Below the pieces are notes generated by a model. That model worked only from the letters and a program-made list of their open reading frames with translations. It did not search any database and was not told where the DNA came from. Position numbers and translations under genes: made by a program. Below are positions 29,843 through 40,526 of a stretch of 64,000 nucleotides of DNA, in pieces. The stretch comes from Alphaproteobacteria bacterium. Lineage in GTDB: Bacteria; Pseudomonadota; Alphaproteobacteria; Bin95. Each line of letters opens with the position of its first letter. The stretch's first letter is position 1. Location of the stretch: assembly GCA_964291285.2 (NCBI GenBank), contig OZ219788.1:704001-768000 (forward strand), read 5' to 3'.

Positions 29843-30333
29843 GCGCCGTCATCCGCCCGGTGCGGGACAGCGATGCGGACGGGCTGATCCGCCTGATCGA
29901 CGCCTGCTGGTCCGCCTATGAGGGCTGCATCCTCGATGTGGATGCCGAGGAGCCGCAACTGCGCGCCATGCGGAGTCATTTCGACGCTCTCGGCGGCGAA
30001 TACTGGGTCGCGGAAGAGGCCGGCGGCCGGATCGCGGCCGGCGGCGGCTGGGCGCCCGCAGCCGACCCCGCCGGCGCCGAGTTGCACAAGCTCTATGTGC
30101 TCGCGGATCTGCGCCGGCAGGGCGTCGCCCGGCGCCTGGTCGCCATGGCGGAAGCGGCCGCCCGGCGGCGCGGCAGCCGCTTCGTGGAGCTCTGGTCCGA
30201 CACGCGCTTTCTGGAGGCACATGCCTTCTACGAGGCGCTCGGCTACCGCCGCACGGGCCGGACGCGCGAGCTGAAAGACCTGTCGGACACGGTGGAGTTC
30301 CATTTCGTCAAGGAGCCGTTCACCGTATCGTGA
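29839..30333 (+). CDS. GNAT N-acetyltransferase
   Basis: LHKLYV..RRQGVA, AHAFYEALGY. Confidence 0.88.
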   Translation: MSAVIRPVRDSDADGLIRLIDACWSAYEGCILDVDAEEPQLRAMRSHFDALGGEYWVAEEAGGRIAAGGGWAPAADPAGAELHKLYVLADLRRQGVARRLVAMAEAAARRRGSRFVELWSDTRFLEAHAFYEALGYRRTGRTRELKDLSDTVEFHFVKEPFTVS

Positions 30334-30396
30334 TTGGCCGATGCCGGGTGCGGGGCCGATCTTTCCCGGCAGGAAACACATCCGGAGGACCGTCCG

Positions 30397-30852
30397 ATGC
30401 GAACCCTCTTCACAAGCCTTGCCGCAACTTCCCTGCTCGTGCTGTTCGCCGGCTTCGCGGCGGCGAAGGAGCCCGTGTTCCAGCGCAGCGGCGCCGCCAT
30501 CCACGGCTACGACCCGGTCGCCTATTTCGAGGCCGGAGAGCCGGTGAAGGGCAAGTCGCGCCACGAGGTGGAATGGAACGGCGCCAAGTGGCGCTTCGCC
30601 AGCGCGGCCAACCGCGACACCTTCGAGGCCGCCCCGGAGCGTTATGCGCCGCAATATGGCGGCTATTGCGCCTGGGCCGTCTCGCAGGGCTACACCGCGC
30701 CCATCGACCCGAAGGCGTGGAAGGTCGTGGACGGCAGGCTCTACCTGAACTACTCGAAGTCGGTGCAGAAGAACTGGGAGAAGGACATTCCGGGCCATAT
30801 CGCGTCCGCCGACGGGCACTGGCCGCGAATCCTGGCCGAACTGTCCAACTGA
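30397..30852 (+). CDS. Secreted YHS-domain protein
   Basis: Signal peptide; GYDPVAYF, YAPQYGGYCAW, LYLNY. Confidence 0.88.
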   Translation: MRTLFTSLAATSLLVLFAGFAAAKEPVFQRSGAAIHGYDPVAYFEAGEPVKGKSRHEVEWNGAKWRFASAANRDTFEAAPERYAPQYGGYCAWAVSQGYTAPIDPKAWKVVDGRLYLNYSKSVQKNWEKDIPGHIASADGHWPRILAELSN

Positions 30853-30900
30853 CGGCGTATCGGCTAGGGTCCCCCCGGTTTCGAGAGGAGGGCCGCGCTC

Positions 30901-31353
30901 GTGGTGAAGATCGCAACGCTCGCCGAGCTTGAAGGCTGGGTCGGCAGGGAACTCGGGGTCAGCGACTGGATCGCCGTAGACCAGGGCCGGATCGACGGCT
31001 TCGCGGAGGCGACCGAAGACCGCCAGTGGATCCATCTCGACACGGAGCGCGCCAAGACGGACATGCCAGGCGGCAAGACCATCGCCCACGGCTTCCTCAC
31101 GCTCTCGCTGACCGCCGGCCTGATGGTGTTCTCGGTGCCGGGCGCCAGCCGGGCGATCAACTACGGCCTCAACCGGGTGCGCTTCACCAACACGGTGCCG
31201 GCGGGCTCCAGGGTCCGCCTGCGCCAGAGCCTCGCCTCCACGGAGGCCGTGAAGGGCGGCGGCGTGCGCTGCGTGGTGGACAACACCATCGAGATCGAGG
31301 GAACCGACCGCCCGGCCATGGTGGGAGAGGGGCTGATCGTCTTCTACCCGTGA
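30901..31353 (+). CDS. MaoC-family dehydratase
   Basis: FAEATEDRQWIH, TIAHG, NYGLNRVRF. Confidence 0.9.
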   Translation: MVKIATLAELEGWVGRELGVSDWIAVDQGRIDGFAEATEDRQWIHLDTERAKTDMPGGKTIAHGFLTLSLTAGLMVFSVPGASRAINYGLNRVRFTNTVPAGSRVRLRQSLASTEAVKGGGVRCVVDNTIEIEGTDRPAMVGEGLIVFYP

Positions 31354-31367
31354 GCCGCAGCAAGGGC

Positions 31368-31454
31368 TGGTGGCCGCTGAGGGACTCGAACCCTCACGGG
31401 ATTGCTCCCCACGGATTTTAAGTCCGGTCTGTCTACCGATTCCAGCAAGCGGCC
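31368..31454 (-). tRNA. tRNA-Leu (TAA)
   Basis: GGCCGCTTGCTGGAATCGGTAGACAGA CCGGA CTTAAAA TCCGT...GGTTCGAGTCCCTCAGCGGCCACCA. Confidence 0.92.
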
Positions 31455-31466
31455 GCGGACGCCAGC

Positions 31467-33020
31467 CTACTCCCTGCGCGGGAGGCGCGCCAGATTGAGC
31501 GCCGGCAGCATCGCCAGCACGAAGACGATTCCGAGCGCGAGGAAGCAGTCCCGGAAGCCGAAGGCGAGCGCCTGGGCGTGGACGACCTGGCCCAGATAGT
31601 CGAGCGCCGCGCCGATCCGTTCGGCGTCGGGCAGGCCGGCGATGCCGAGGCGGTCGGCGACGGTCTCGAGGAATCCCCGGCTCGCCGTATTGGCCGCGGT
31701 CTGGGTGGAGGCAAGCGATTCCGCGTGCCAGTGTGTCCGGAGTTGCAGCCAGACCACGATCAGGTTGGTGCCGGAAGCGCCGCCGAGCTGGCGGATGAAG
31801 TTCATCGCGCCGGACCCTTGGGCCAGCTTCTCGTTGGGGAGCGCTCGAAGGGCGGACGCGGAGAGCGCCGGCATGATGAAAGACATGCCGACCCGGCTGA
31901 TCATGGTGAAGACGGCGAAGGCCCAGAAGCCGGTATTGGCGTCGGCCGAGGCCATCAGGAAGGTGCCGAACGCAAAGAAACCGAGGCCCGCCAGGATCGG
32001 GATATGGTCCGGCAGGCGGTCGGCCGCGCGTCCGGTCAAAGGCAGTGCAAAGACGAGGAGCAGACCGGCGGGCATGAGCAGCAGCCCGGCCTTGGTGGCG
32101 GTGAAGCTCTGGACCTGCTGGACGAAGACGGGGATGACGTAGCCGGAAGCGAAGTTCCCCGCCCCGAACACGAAGGCGACGATCACCGCCGCGGTAAAGG
32201 CGCGGTTGCGGAACAGCGAGACGTCCAGAAGCGGCGCCCGGCTCCTCACCTGGATGGTGACGAAGCCCGCCGCCGCAACGGTCCCGAGCACGGCGTAGAG
32301 CAGGATATGGTCGGAGAGCCAGCCTTCCCTCGGCCCCGACGCCGCGGCCGTCATCAGCAGGAAGAGCGCCGCCCCCAGGAAGGCGAAGCCGAACCAGTCG
32401 AAGGGCGGCAGCCTGCCGATGCGCCCCTTGGACGGCATGAACACCATGCCGGCGAGCAGCGCCAGACCGCAGAAGGGCAGCGGCAGCAGGAACATCGCCC
32501 GCCAGGACAGCGTGTCGATGGCGATGCCGCCGACGGCCGGCCCGAGCGCCGGCGCCAGCACGATGCCCGCGCCGTATACGCCCATCGCCATGCCCCGGCG
32601 CTCCGGCGGGAACACGGTGAAGATCGTCACCATGGTCATCGGCATGACGATGCCGGCCGCCACGCCCTGCAGGACGCGGCCGAGGATGAGCATGTCCATC
32701 GAGGTGGCCGTGGCGCTCATCAGGGCGCCTGCCATGAAGACCGCCAGGGTCAGCGCGAAGCCGAGCCTCTGGCCGAACGCCTCGGTGATCCAGGCGTTGA
32801 GCAGCTGGCTCGCGGTCATCGTGGCGAGGAAGGCGGTCGCCATCCACTGCGCTTGGTCCTGCCCGACGCCGAACGCGCCCATGACCTCCGGCACGGCGAC
32901 ATTGACGATGGTGGCCGACAGCACCATCGAAAAGCCGCCGATCAGGCCTGCGACGGTCACATACCAGCGGTAGTTCGGGCCGAAACGGCGAAAGAGGTCG
33001 TCGACCGTATCGGCCTGCAT
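31467..33020 (-). CDS. DHA2 (EmrB/QacA) MFS efflux permease
   Basis: ATIVNVAVP, GRVLQG, APALGPAVGG, 14-TM pattern. Confidence 0.9.
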   Translation of the reverse strand: MQADTVDDLFRRFGPNYRWYVTVAGLIGGFSMVLSATIVNVAVPEVMGAFGVGQDQAQWMATAFLATMTASQLLNAWITEAFGQRLGFALTLAVFMAGALMSATATSMDMLILGRVLQGVAAGIVMPMTMVTIFTVFPPERRGMAMGVYGAGIVLAPALGPAVGGIAIDTLSWRAMFLLPLPFCGLALLAGMVFMPSKGRIGRLPPFDWFGFAFLGAALFLLMTAAASGPREGWLSDHILLYAVLGTVAAAGFVTIQVRSRAPLLDVSLFRNRAFTAAVIVAFVFGAGNFASGYVIPVFVQQVQSFTATKAGLLLMPAGLLLVFALPLTGRAADRLPDHIPILAGLGFFAFGTFLMASADANTGFWAFAVFTMISRVGMSFIMPALSASALRALPNEKLAQGSGAMNFIRQLGGASGTNLIVVWLQLRTHWHAESLASTQTAANTASRGFLETVADRLGIAGLPDAERIGAALDYLGQVVHAQALAFGFRDCFLALGIVFVLAMLPALNLARLPRRE

Positions 33021-33100
33021 GGAAGACGGGTCCGTCGGGGAACGGCCGCCAGCTTAGCCGGGATTCCTCCCCGCGGTCACGGGCCCGCCGGCCGCCCCGG

Positions 33101-35209
33101 TCAGTGGGCGAGCACGGCGAGCAGCAGGAGCGCGACGATGTTGGTGATCTTGATCATCGGGTTGACGGCCGGCCCGGCGGTGTCCTTGTAGGGGTCGCCG
33201 ACCGTGTCGCCCGTGACGGCCGCCTTGTGCGCCTCCGAGCCCTTGCCGCCGTGATGGCCGTCCTCGATATATTTCTTGGCGTTGTCCCAGGCGCCGCCGC
33301 CGGCGGTCATCGAGATGGCGACGAAGATGCCGGTGACGATGACGCCAAGCAGCATGGCGCCGACGGAAGTGAGCGCCGCCGCCTTGCCCGCGACCAGCCA
33401 GATCAGCAGGAAGAGCGCGATGGGCGAGAGCACCGGCAGCATCGAGGGCACGATCATCTCCTTGATCGCCGCGCGCGTCAGCATGTCCACGCAGGGGCCG
33501 TATTCCGGCTTGCCCGTCCCCTCCATGATGCCGGGGATTTCGCGGAACTGGCGGCGCACCTCCTCGACGACGGCGCCGCCCGCGCGGCCGACCGCCATCA
33601 TCCCCATCGCCCCGAACAGGAAGGGCAGCAGCCCGCCGACGAACAGCCCGATGACGACATAGGGGTCGGAGAGCGAGAAGGTCACCTCTTCTGCGATGCC
33701 GGCGAAGAAGGGGTAGGTGTCCCCCGCAGCGCTGAAGAACTTGATGTCCTCGGTATAGGCGGCGAACAGCACCAGCGCGCCCAGCCCCGCCGAGCCGATG
33801 GCATAGCCCTTGGTGACCGCCTTGGTGGTGTTGCCGACCGCATCCAGCCGGTCGGTGGTCTCGCGCACGTCCTCTTCGAGCTCCGCCATTTCGGCGATGC
33901 CGCCGGCATTGTCCGTCACCGGGCCGTAGGCGTCGAGCGCGACCACCATGCCGGCGAGCGCCAGCATGGCCGTGACCGCAATCGCGATGCCGAACAGGCC
34001 GGCAAGCTGGTAGCAGGCGATGATCGCGACGCAGATGATGATGGCGGGGAGCGCGCAGGCTTCCATGGAGACCGCGAGGCCCTGGATGACATTGGTGCCG
34101 TGGCCGGTGGTCGATGCCTGGGCGACGGAGCGGACCGGGCGGTATTCGGTGCCGGTGTAGTATTCCGTCACCCAGATGATGAGCCCCGTGACGACGAGGC
34201 CGATGGCCCCGCAGACGAAGAGCTGCGTTCCCGTGAAACCGCTCTCGCCGACAGGCCCCAGGCCGACGGTCCATGCCGTCATCGCCAGGATGCCGGCCAG
34301 CGAGATGATCGCGGCCACGATGAAGCCCTTGTAGAGCGCGCCCATGATCGACTGCGAGGCGCCGAGGCGCACGAAGAAGGTGCCGACGATCGAGGCCAGG
34401 ATGCACACGCCGCCGATGGCGAGCGGGTAGGACATGACGGCGCCCGCGAGCGCGGCGTCGGCGGCGAAGAAGATCGAGGCGAGCACCATGGTCGCGACGA
34501 CGGTGACGGCGTAGGTCTCGAACAGGTCGGCGGCCATGCCGGCGCAGTCGCCCACATTGTCGCCCACATTGTCGGCGATCACGGCGGGGTTGCGGGGGTC
34601 GTCCTCGGGAATGCCGGCTTCGACCTTGCCAACGAGGTCCGCGCCGACATCCGCGCCCTTGGTGAAGATGCCGCCGCCGAGGCGCGCGAAGATGGAGATG
34701 AGCGAGGCGCCGAAGCCGAGCGCCACGAGCGGGTCGATCAGCCCGCGCCCCTCCGCGCCGGCGGAAATGAGGATCGCGTAGTAAACGCCGACGCCGAGCA
34801 GCGCCAGGCCCGCCACCAGCATGCCCGTCACCGCGCCCGAGCGGAAGGAGACCGCCAGCCCCTGGGCGAGGCCCTGCCGCGCCGCCTCGGCCGTGCGCAC
34901 ATTCGCCTTCACCGAGACGTTCATGCCGATATAGCCGGCGGCGCCCGAGAGCACCGCGCCGATCAGGAACCCGACGGCCTCATAGACGCCGAGCAGCAGC
35001 AGCAGCACGACGAAGATGACGACGCCGACGATGGCGATGGCCCGGTACTGGCGGTTGAGATAGGCGCGCGCGCCTTCCTGGATCGCCGCCGCGATCTCCT
35101 GCATGCGCTCGTTTCCGGGGCTCGCCGCGAGCACCGACCGCGACGCGGCAACGCCATAGACCAGCGCGGCGAGGCCGCAGACGACGACGAAAATCAGGAC
35201 AGGCGACAT
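33101..35209 (-). CDS. hppA: Membrane ion-translocating pyrophosphatase, K+-independent signature
   Basis: [35 protein letters not shown] (Lys variant), [10 protein letters not shown]. Confidence 0.95.
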   Translation of the reverse strand: MSPVLIFVVVCGLAALVYGVAASRSVLAASPGNERMQEIAAAIQEGARAYLNRQYRAIAIVGVVIFVVLLLLLGVYEAVGFLIGAVLSGAAGYIGMNVSVKANVRTAEAARQGLAQGLAVSFRSGAVTGMLVAGLALLGVGVYYAILISAGAEGRGLIDPLVALGFGASLISIFARLGGGIFTKGADVGADLVGKVEAGIPEDDPRNPAVIADNVGDNVGDCAGMAADLFETYAVTVVATMVLASIFFAADAALAGAVMSYPLAIGGVCILASIVGTFFVRLGASQSIMGALYKGFIVAAIISLAGILAMTAWTVGLGPVGESGFTGTQLFVCGAIGLVVTGLIIWVTEYYTGTEYRPVRSVAQASTTGHGTNVIQGLAVSMEACALPAIIICVAIIACYQLAGLFGIAIAVTAMLALAGMVVALDAYGPVTDNAGGIAEMAELEEDVRETTDRLDAVGNTTKAVTKGYAIGSAGLGALVLFAAYTEDIKFFSAAGDTYPFFAGIAEEVTFSLSDPYVVIGLFVGGLLPFLFGAMGMMAVGRAGGAVVEEVRRQFREIPGIMEGTGKPEYGPCVDMLTRAAIKEMIVPSMLPVLSPIALFLLIWLVAGKAAALTSVGAMLLGVIVTGIFVAISMTAGGGAWDNAKKYIEDGHHGGKGSEAHKAAVTGDTVGDPYKDTAGPAVNPMIKITNIVALLLLAVLAH

Positions 35210-35343
35210 GGGCCTTTTCCCCTCGGGTGGATGGAAGCGCCGCCGGCGCGTGTAAGGGAAGGGCGGGTGTCCCTCAAGCCCCGATTTGTCGCATGAGCGG
35301 GACTCGCGTCTGCGGGAACGCCCCCGGCGCTGGCTCCCCCTTC

Positions 35344-35372
35344 GTCGTGCCCGGACTCGTTCCGGGCATCCA
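35344..35372. repeat. REP-like palindrome
   Basis: GTCGTGCCCGGACTCGTTCCGGGCATCCA hairpin, typical of alphaproteobacterial REPs. Confidence 0.6.
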
Positions 35373-35387
35373 TACGGCCCTGCGGAG

Positions 35388-35634
35388 TGTCATGAGATGT
35401 CATGTTTTGTCATGCCCCCCTGCGGAAATGTCATGTTTTGTCATGGGGCCGGTCTCCGCTCCGGTCGTTCGCAAGGCATCGCAGCCTCCTTGGTCGAGCC
35501 ATGGTCCCGGACGCCCCCGTTGCCGGAGGAGCGTCCCCCGCCCGCGCATGATGCGCGCCCGCCCGCGCTCGCGCGCCCGTCCGCGCAAGGCGGCGGGACC
35601 GTCCTCTCCACCGTGAATGTCATGGAATGTCATG
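35388..35634. repeat. Seven TGTCATG motifs, mostly 10-bp period
   Basis: Starts at 35388, 35398, 35408, 35429, 35439, 35618, 35628. Confidence 0.8.
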
Positions 35635-35977
35635 TTCCGCATCTCCGGCGCGGCGGACAGGAGGTATCCTGCATGTCGTTCTCTCATCCCGTTTCGTTCC
35701 ACTCCGTTCTGTTCGTCCCGCCGCCGCGCCGAACGCGGCGACCATTGCAGATGGCGGCGTTGGCGCCGCCGCCGGCTCGTCCGGCAAGCGGGTCCCTGTT
35801 TCGCGCGTATCGCGCGCAGGCGCGGGCGCGTGTCGGCGCCGGCGCGGTTCGCGCGCCTGATTGCGCGCGCGAGGCAGAAGACGCACCCCTCCCGTGCGTT
35901 TCACAGGGGTTTTCAAAAATTGCACCGCCCGGCCGCGCGGCGCCGGAAAAGCGGCTCCGGAGATCGCTTCTCCGGGC

Positions 35978-36032
35978 CTTATATCGGTATATTTTCTCTC
36001 TTGTCAAGCCCTGAATGGAATAAAAAGTGAAT
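35978..36032 (-). promoter_or_regulatory. Sigma70-like promoter with adjacent LexA-box-like site
   Basis: Minus-strand TTGACA (36007-36002), 18 nt, TATAAG; GAAT-N7-GAAT at 36018-36032 (alpha LexA consensus GAAC-N7-GAAC). Confidence 0.45.
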
Positions 36033-36082
36033 ATGTGGCATGAACCACCTCCCGGCGGGAGCGCCGGAACGGGGCCGGGTGC

Positions 36083-37267
36083 TCAGGCTGCCCGGCGGCG
36101 GCGGGAGCCGGCGAGTATCAGGGTCGCGAGCAGCGATACGGCGATCATCGGCAGGATGCCGATATTGATCCAGTCCCAGCCGAGATCCTCCAGGATGCGG
36201 CCGGAGAACAGCGCCGAGACGGCGATCGAGCCGAAGACGGTGAAATCGTGGATTCCCTGCACCTTGGCCCGCTCGGCAGGCGTGTGCACTTCGGTGAGCA
36301 GCGCCGAGCCTCCGACGAACATGAAGTTCCAGCCGACGCCGTTCAGGAAGAGCGCGACGGCAAAATGCATGAGCGTGATGCCGGTCAGGTTGACGGCGGC
36401 GCACACGGCGATCATCGCAATGCCCGCCAGGATGACCGGACGCGCCCCGAAACGGGACACCAGATGGCCGGTGAAGAAGGCGGGCAGATACATGCCGACG
36501 ACATGCGCCTGCATGACGGTGAAGGTGTCGTCCGTGTCGAAGCCGCAGGCTTCCATCGCCAGCGGCGTCGGGCTCATCACCAGCGACATGGTGGAGTAGG
36601 CGGCCGCCGACGCCAGAATGGCGACGATACAGGCGGGCTGGCGCAGGATTTCGAGCAGGGGGCGGCCCGTGTCGCGGCGGTCTTCCGCGCTCATCCGCGG
36701 AATTTTCACGAATGCGAGAAGGCAGAAGGAAAGGACATAGAGCCCGACCAGCGAGAGATAGCTGCCGGCGTAGAAGACCGGCGCCAGCCAGTCGAGCGTG
36801 TGCTTTGCCAGTTCCGGCCCGATGACGGCCGCCAGCAGCCCGCCTGCCAGCACCAGCGAAATCGCCTTGGGCCGGAACTCCGGCGTTGCGATGTCAGCGG
36901 CGGCGAACCGGTAGAAGATCGCGAAACCGTTGAACCAGCCGATTATGGCCACGCCGAGGCAGAAGCCCCAATAACTCATGTCGTAGATCGCCTGGACGGC
37001 GATCAGCGCCCCTGCGCACCCGATCACCGTCCCGAGCATGAAACCCGCGCGGCGCCCGATCCGGCGCATCAGCAGCGAGGCCGGAATCGAAGCGCTCATG
37101 ACGCCGGCGTGATGGAAGAAGAGCGGCGCGGTCGCCCACCCGGCATCGTCCGCCAGCGTCTTGCCGACCAGCGGCACCGTCACGATCATCAGCGTCGTGG
37201 CGGAGATGTAGAGCGCCTGGCAGACGGCAAGCAGCAGCACGTTGCGCTTGACGGGATCGTTGAGCAT
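36083..37267 (-). CDS. MFS transporter
   Basis: 12 TM, MRRIGRRAGF, YRFAAAD, HVVGMYLPAFFTG. Confidence 0.9.
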   Translation of the reverse strand: MLNDPVKRNVLLLAVCQALYISATTLMIVTVPLVGKTLADDAGWATAPLFFHHAGVMSASIPASLLMRRIGRRAGFMLGTVIGCAGALIAVQAIYDMSYWGFCLGVAIIGWFNGFAIFYRFAAADIATPEFRPKAISLVLAGGLLAAVIGPELAKHTLDWLAPVFYAGSYLSLVGLYVLSFCLLAFVKIPRMSAEDRRDTGRPLLEILRQPACIVAILASAAAYSTMSLVMSPTPLAMEACGFDTDDTFTVMQAHVVGMYLPAFFTGHLVSRFGARPVILAGIAMIAVCAAVNLTGITLMHFAVALFLNGVGWNFMFVGGSALLTEVHTPAERAKVQGIHDFTVFGSIAVSALFSGRILEDLGWDWINIGILPMIAVSLLATLILAGSRRRRAA

Positions 37268-37346
37268 TGCGGGGCCGGCCGGAACGGGAAACGCCTGACT
37301 TTACCCGCGAACGGGCACGGTCCGCGCCACAAAAATGCGCATGGGG

Positions 37347-38216
37347 TCAGGAAGTCCCGTCGCGCACGAAGGGATAGATGCGGATCATGTCCTGGGCCGG
37401 GTCGGAATCCGCAAAGGCGGCGACGGTGTCATAGGCGCGGAATATCGTCGGGCAGGGTGCTGCGTCCGCGCCGGCGCTTTCGACGAACAGCCCGAGGTCT
37501 TTCTTGACGAGATGGGCCTCGGCTCCCGATCCGCTGAACTCGCCCGTCGCGACATGCTTCGGGAAGGCATGCAGGGTCGTGAAGTTCTGGCCGGTGCTCG
37601 CGTTGATGACCGCCAGCATGGTCGCGATATCGAGGCCCGCGCGCTCGCCATAGGCCACCGCTTCCGTGGAGGCGACGAGACCCGAGATGTTGAGGGCGTT
37701 GTTGACGAGCTTCATCGTCTGGCCGAGCCCCGGCTCCTGCCCGACATGGAAGACCGTCCTGGACCACGCCTCTACCATCGGGCGCGCCCGCTCAAGAACG
37801 TCTTCGGGGCCGGACGCCATGCTGGCAAGCGTGCCTTCCTCGGCGCGGAATTTCATGCCCGAGACAGGACTGTCGAGATAGGCAATGCCCGCCTCGGCAA
37901 GGATGCGGGCGTTCTCGCGCGCGGCGGCCGGGCCGATGGTGCAGGTGTCGACCACGATCTGTCCCTTGTGTCCGGCTGCGGCGATTTCCAGCACGACCTC
38001 GCGGTTGGCGGCGACCGTCGGCAGCGAAAGCGCGACGATGCCGGCCCGGCGCGCGACCTCGCCGTTGGACTGCGCCGTGGCCGCGCCCTGCGGCGCCCGG
38101 TCCGCGGTGCCGGCAATGTCATGGACGACCGTCTCCCGCCCGGTCGCGGCGGCATGGCGCGCCATCGGGCCGCCCATGTTTCCCAGGCCGATGAAGCCGA
38201 ATGTGTCGTCCGCCAT
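37347..38216 (-). CDS. Beta-hydroxyacid dehydrogenase (3-hydroxyisobutyrate DH family)
   Basis: GFIGLGNMGGPMA, DSPVSG, KLVNN. Confidence 0.9.
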   Translation of the reverse strand: MADDTFGFIGLGNMGGPMARHAAATGRETVVHDIAGTADRAPQGAATAQSNGEVARRAGIVALSLPTVAANREVVLEIAAAGHKGQIVVDTCTIGPAAARENARILAEAGIAYLDSPVSGMKFRAEEGTLASMASGPEDVLERARPMVEAWSRTVFHVGQEPGLGQTMKLVNNALNISGLVASTEAVAYGERAGLDIATMLAVINASTGQNFTTLHAFPKHVATGEFSGSGAEAHLVKKDLGLFVESAGADAAPCPTIFRAYDTVAAFADSDPAQDMIRIYPFVRDGTS

Positions 38217-38340
38217 GACGCTTTCCTCCCTTTTGCGCCAGCATACCGCCATCCGCCGCATCCCATAGCCGCGGATTCCCGGTTTAACATCGCAGCGCCG
38301 GGATTGTAGGCTTGCGCTTTCGCGCCTTGGGAGAGGTTCG

Positions 38341-38859
38341 ATCCAGACCGGGTTTGCAGAGGCGGAGCGGACGCGTTTCAGGAGCCTGCTGGCGCTGGCG
38401 GCCGGCAGTTCCTATGACGGCGAGCGCGAGGCGGCGCTGGCGGCGGCCAAGCGGCTGGCGGCGCGCCACGGCATGTCGCTTGCCGAAGCGGCCCGCGGGG
38501 GCGGCCAACCGGAACCGGTGTGCGAGGAAAGCCCGTTCGAGCGGATGCGGAGGGCGCGCGCGGCGGCGCGGGCCCATGCCTTCCGGGAGAGCGAGAGGCG
38601 GGCGGATGAGGACCGCGCCCGTTTCCGGGCCGCCTGGGAGGATGCGCTCCGAAGGGGGCTGGATCGAGAGGAAGAGCCGCCTGCCAGGCGCGCGGGACAG
38701 GGCTTCGTGTGGCGGAGCCGGCGGCGGCTGGAGCCCGTCCAGCATGCGACGGTGCTGCTCAACGAAACGCGCCTGCCGTTCTCCGAGATCGCCGAGATCA
38801 CCGGCCTCGACCGCTATGCGGTGGTCGGCCTCAAGCTCAAGCTGAGGGGCGTCGTCTGA
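38341..38859 (+). CDS. Hypothetical protein with DUF2786-like N-terminus (apparent ATC start)
   Basis: Frame reads IQTGFAEAERTRFRSLLALAAGSSYDGEREAALAAAKRLAARHGM into ORF 38473; RBS GGAGAGG just upstream. Confidence 0.6.
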   Translation: MQTGFAEAERTRFRSLLALAAGSSYDGEREAALAAAKRLAARHGMSLAEAARGGGQPEPVCEESPFERMRRARAAARAHAFRESERRADEDRARFRAAWEDALRRGLDREEEPPARRAGQGFVWRSRRRLEPVQHATVLLNETRLPFSEIAEITGLDRYAVVGLKLKLRGVV

Positions 38860-38917
38860 GCCCGGTAGCCGTCTCGCGCCCGGCTGTTGCTGCACGGCCT
38901 GTCAAAGGATTGCAGGG

Positions 38918-40465
38918 ATGAGCGACCCGCTGGAGGAACTTGCGCGCCGCCGCGCCGTGGCCGAAGGACATGGCGGCGAGGCGAAGGTCGCCCGCCAGCG
39001 CCGGGCCGGCAAGCAGACGGCGCGCGAACGGGTCGCGATGCTCATGGACTCCGGCAGCTTCACCGAGATCGGCGGGCTTGCGACGCATGCGCCGACGCGC
39101 GTGACGCCGGTCAAGGACAAGCACACGCCCGCCGACGGGGTCGTGACCGGCTTCGGGCGGATCGAGGGACGCATTGCCGGCGTGGTCGCCGAGGACTTCA
39201 CCGTGCTGGGCGGCTCGCTCGGGCTGGTGAACTTCGCCAAGAAACACCGGATGATCGAACTGGCCCTGCGCGACCGGGTGCCGCTGGTCTGGCTGTTCGA
39301 CGGCGCGGGGGCGCGCACGGACGAATATATAGGCGAGGGGCTCGCGCCGATGCACCATTTCATGGATGTGGCGCGCCTCTCCGGCACGGCGCCGACGATC
39401 GCGGCGGTGCTGGGCCCGACGGCCGGGGACAGCTCCCTCCTGGCTTCCATGATGGAGTTCATCGTCATGGTGAAGGGGGAGGGCATGCTGGCGGCCGGCG
39501 GCCCGCCGCTCGTCGCCATGGGCACCGGCGAGCGCGTCTCCAAGGAGGAACTCGGCGGCTGGGAGGTCCATTGCCGGGTCTCGGGCGTGGCCGACAACGC
39601 CGCCGAGGACGAGGCCGATGCGATCCGGCAACTCAAGCGCTACCTCTCCTTCATGCCGGCCAATGCCTGGGCCTGGCCACCTGGGGCGGAACCGGCGCCC
39701 GCTCCCGACGATGCGGCGGGGACGCTGCGGAACCTCATACCGGCGAACCGGCGCCGGCCCTACGACATGAAGAAGGCCATTGCGGCGGTTTTCGACCGGG
39801 ACAGCTTCTTCGAGCTGAAGCCGGACTATGCCCGCATGATGATTACCGGCTTCGCGCGCCTCGAGGGCCGGGCGGTGGCGGTTGCGGCGAACCAGCCGAA
39901 GGTGATGGCCGGCGCGATCACGGCCGCGGCCGGGTACAAGCTCCGCCGCTTCATCGACCTCGCCGCGGCCTACCACCTGCCGGTCGTCTTCCTGACCGAC
40001 ACGCCGGGCGTGATGACGGGGCCGAAGTCGGAGCGGGAAGGGGCGCTCAGGGTCGGCATGGCGGTCGCCAGCAGCTTCGCCTTCGCCAACACGCCGCTGG
40101 TGACGGTGGTGCTGCACAAGGCGTTCGGCTACGGGGCCGCGGCAATGGGCGGCTATGGCGCGGAGCAGTCGGCGGTGCTCGCCTGGCCGACGGCGGACTT
40201 CAACGCCATCCCGCTGGAGAGCGGCATAAAGGCGGCCTACAAGGCGGAGCTTGAGGCGGCCGACGACCCCGATGCGCTGTACGAACGGCTGGTGCGGGAA
40301 TACGGCCGCCTCTGCGGCGCCTGGCCGGCGGCGGAAGCCATGAAGATCGACGACGTGATCGACCCGGCGGAAACCCGCCCGCGCCTGGTCGAGGCGCTCG
40401 ACCGCGCCGGAATGCGCCGCACCGGGGCCCCGGCTCCGACCCTGCGCCACGGTGTGATGCCGTGA
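38918..40465 (+). CDS. Acyl-CoA carboxylase, carboxyltransferase subunit
   Basis: GKQTARER, DFTVLGGS, DGAGAR, VAANQP, DTPG, DDVIDPAETR. Confidence 0.92.
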   Translation: MSDPLEELARRRAVAEGHGGEAKVARQRRAGKQTARERVAMLMDSGSFTEIGGLATHAPTRVTPVKDKHTPADGVVTGFGRIEGRIAGVVAEDFTVLGGSLGLVNFAKKHRMIELALRDRVPLVWLFDGAGARTDEYIGEGLAPMHHFMDVARLSGTAPTIAAVLGPTAGDSSLLASMMEFIVMVKGEGMLAAGGPPLVAMGTGERVSKEELGGWEVHCRVSGVADNAAEDEADAIRQLKRYLSFMPANAWAWPPGAEPAPAPDDAAGTLRNLIPANRRRPYDMKKAIAAVFDRDSFFELKPDYARMMITGFARLEGRAVAVAANQPKVMAGAITAAAGYKLRRFIDLAAAYHLPVVFLTDTPGVMTGPKSEREGALRVGMAVASSFAFANTPLVTVVLHKAFGYGAAAMGGYGAEQSAVLAWPTADFNAIPLESGIKAAYKAELEAADDPDALYERLVREYGRLCGAWPAAEAMKIDDVIDPAETRPRLVEALDRAGMRRTGAPAPTLRHGVMP

Positions 40466-40526
40466 AAAGGGATACTGTTTCTGACAGACCCGGCGGAATT
40501 CTGCGGCTTCCGGGCATTGTTGCGCG

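Noticed and set aside
35388-35445. Pho boxes upstream of hppA
   Set aside because: Period is 10 bp rather than 11, and TGTCA is on the strand opposite to hppA
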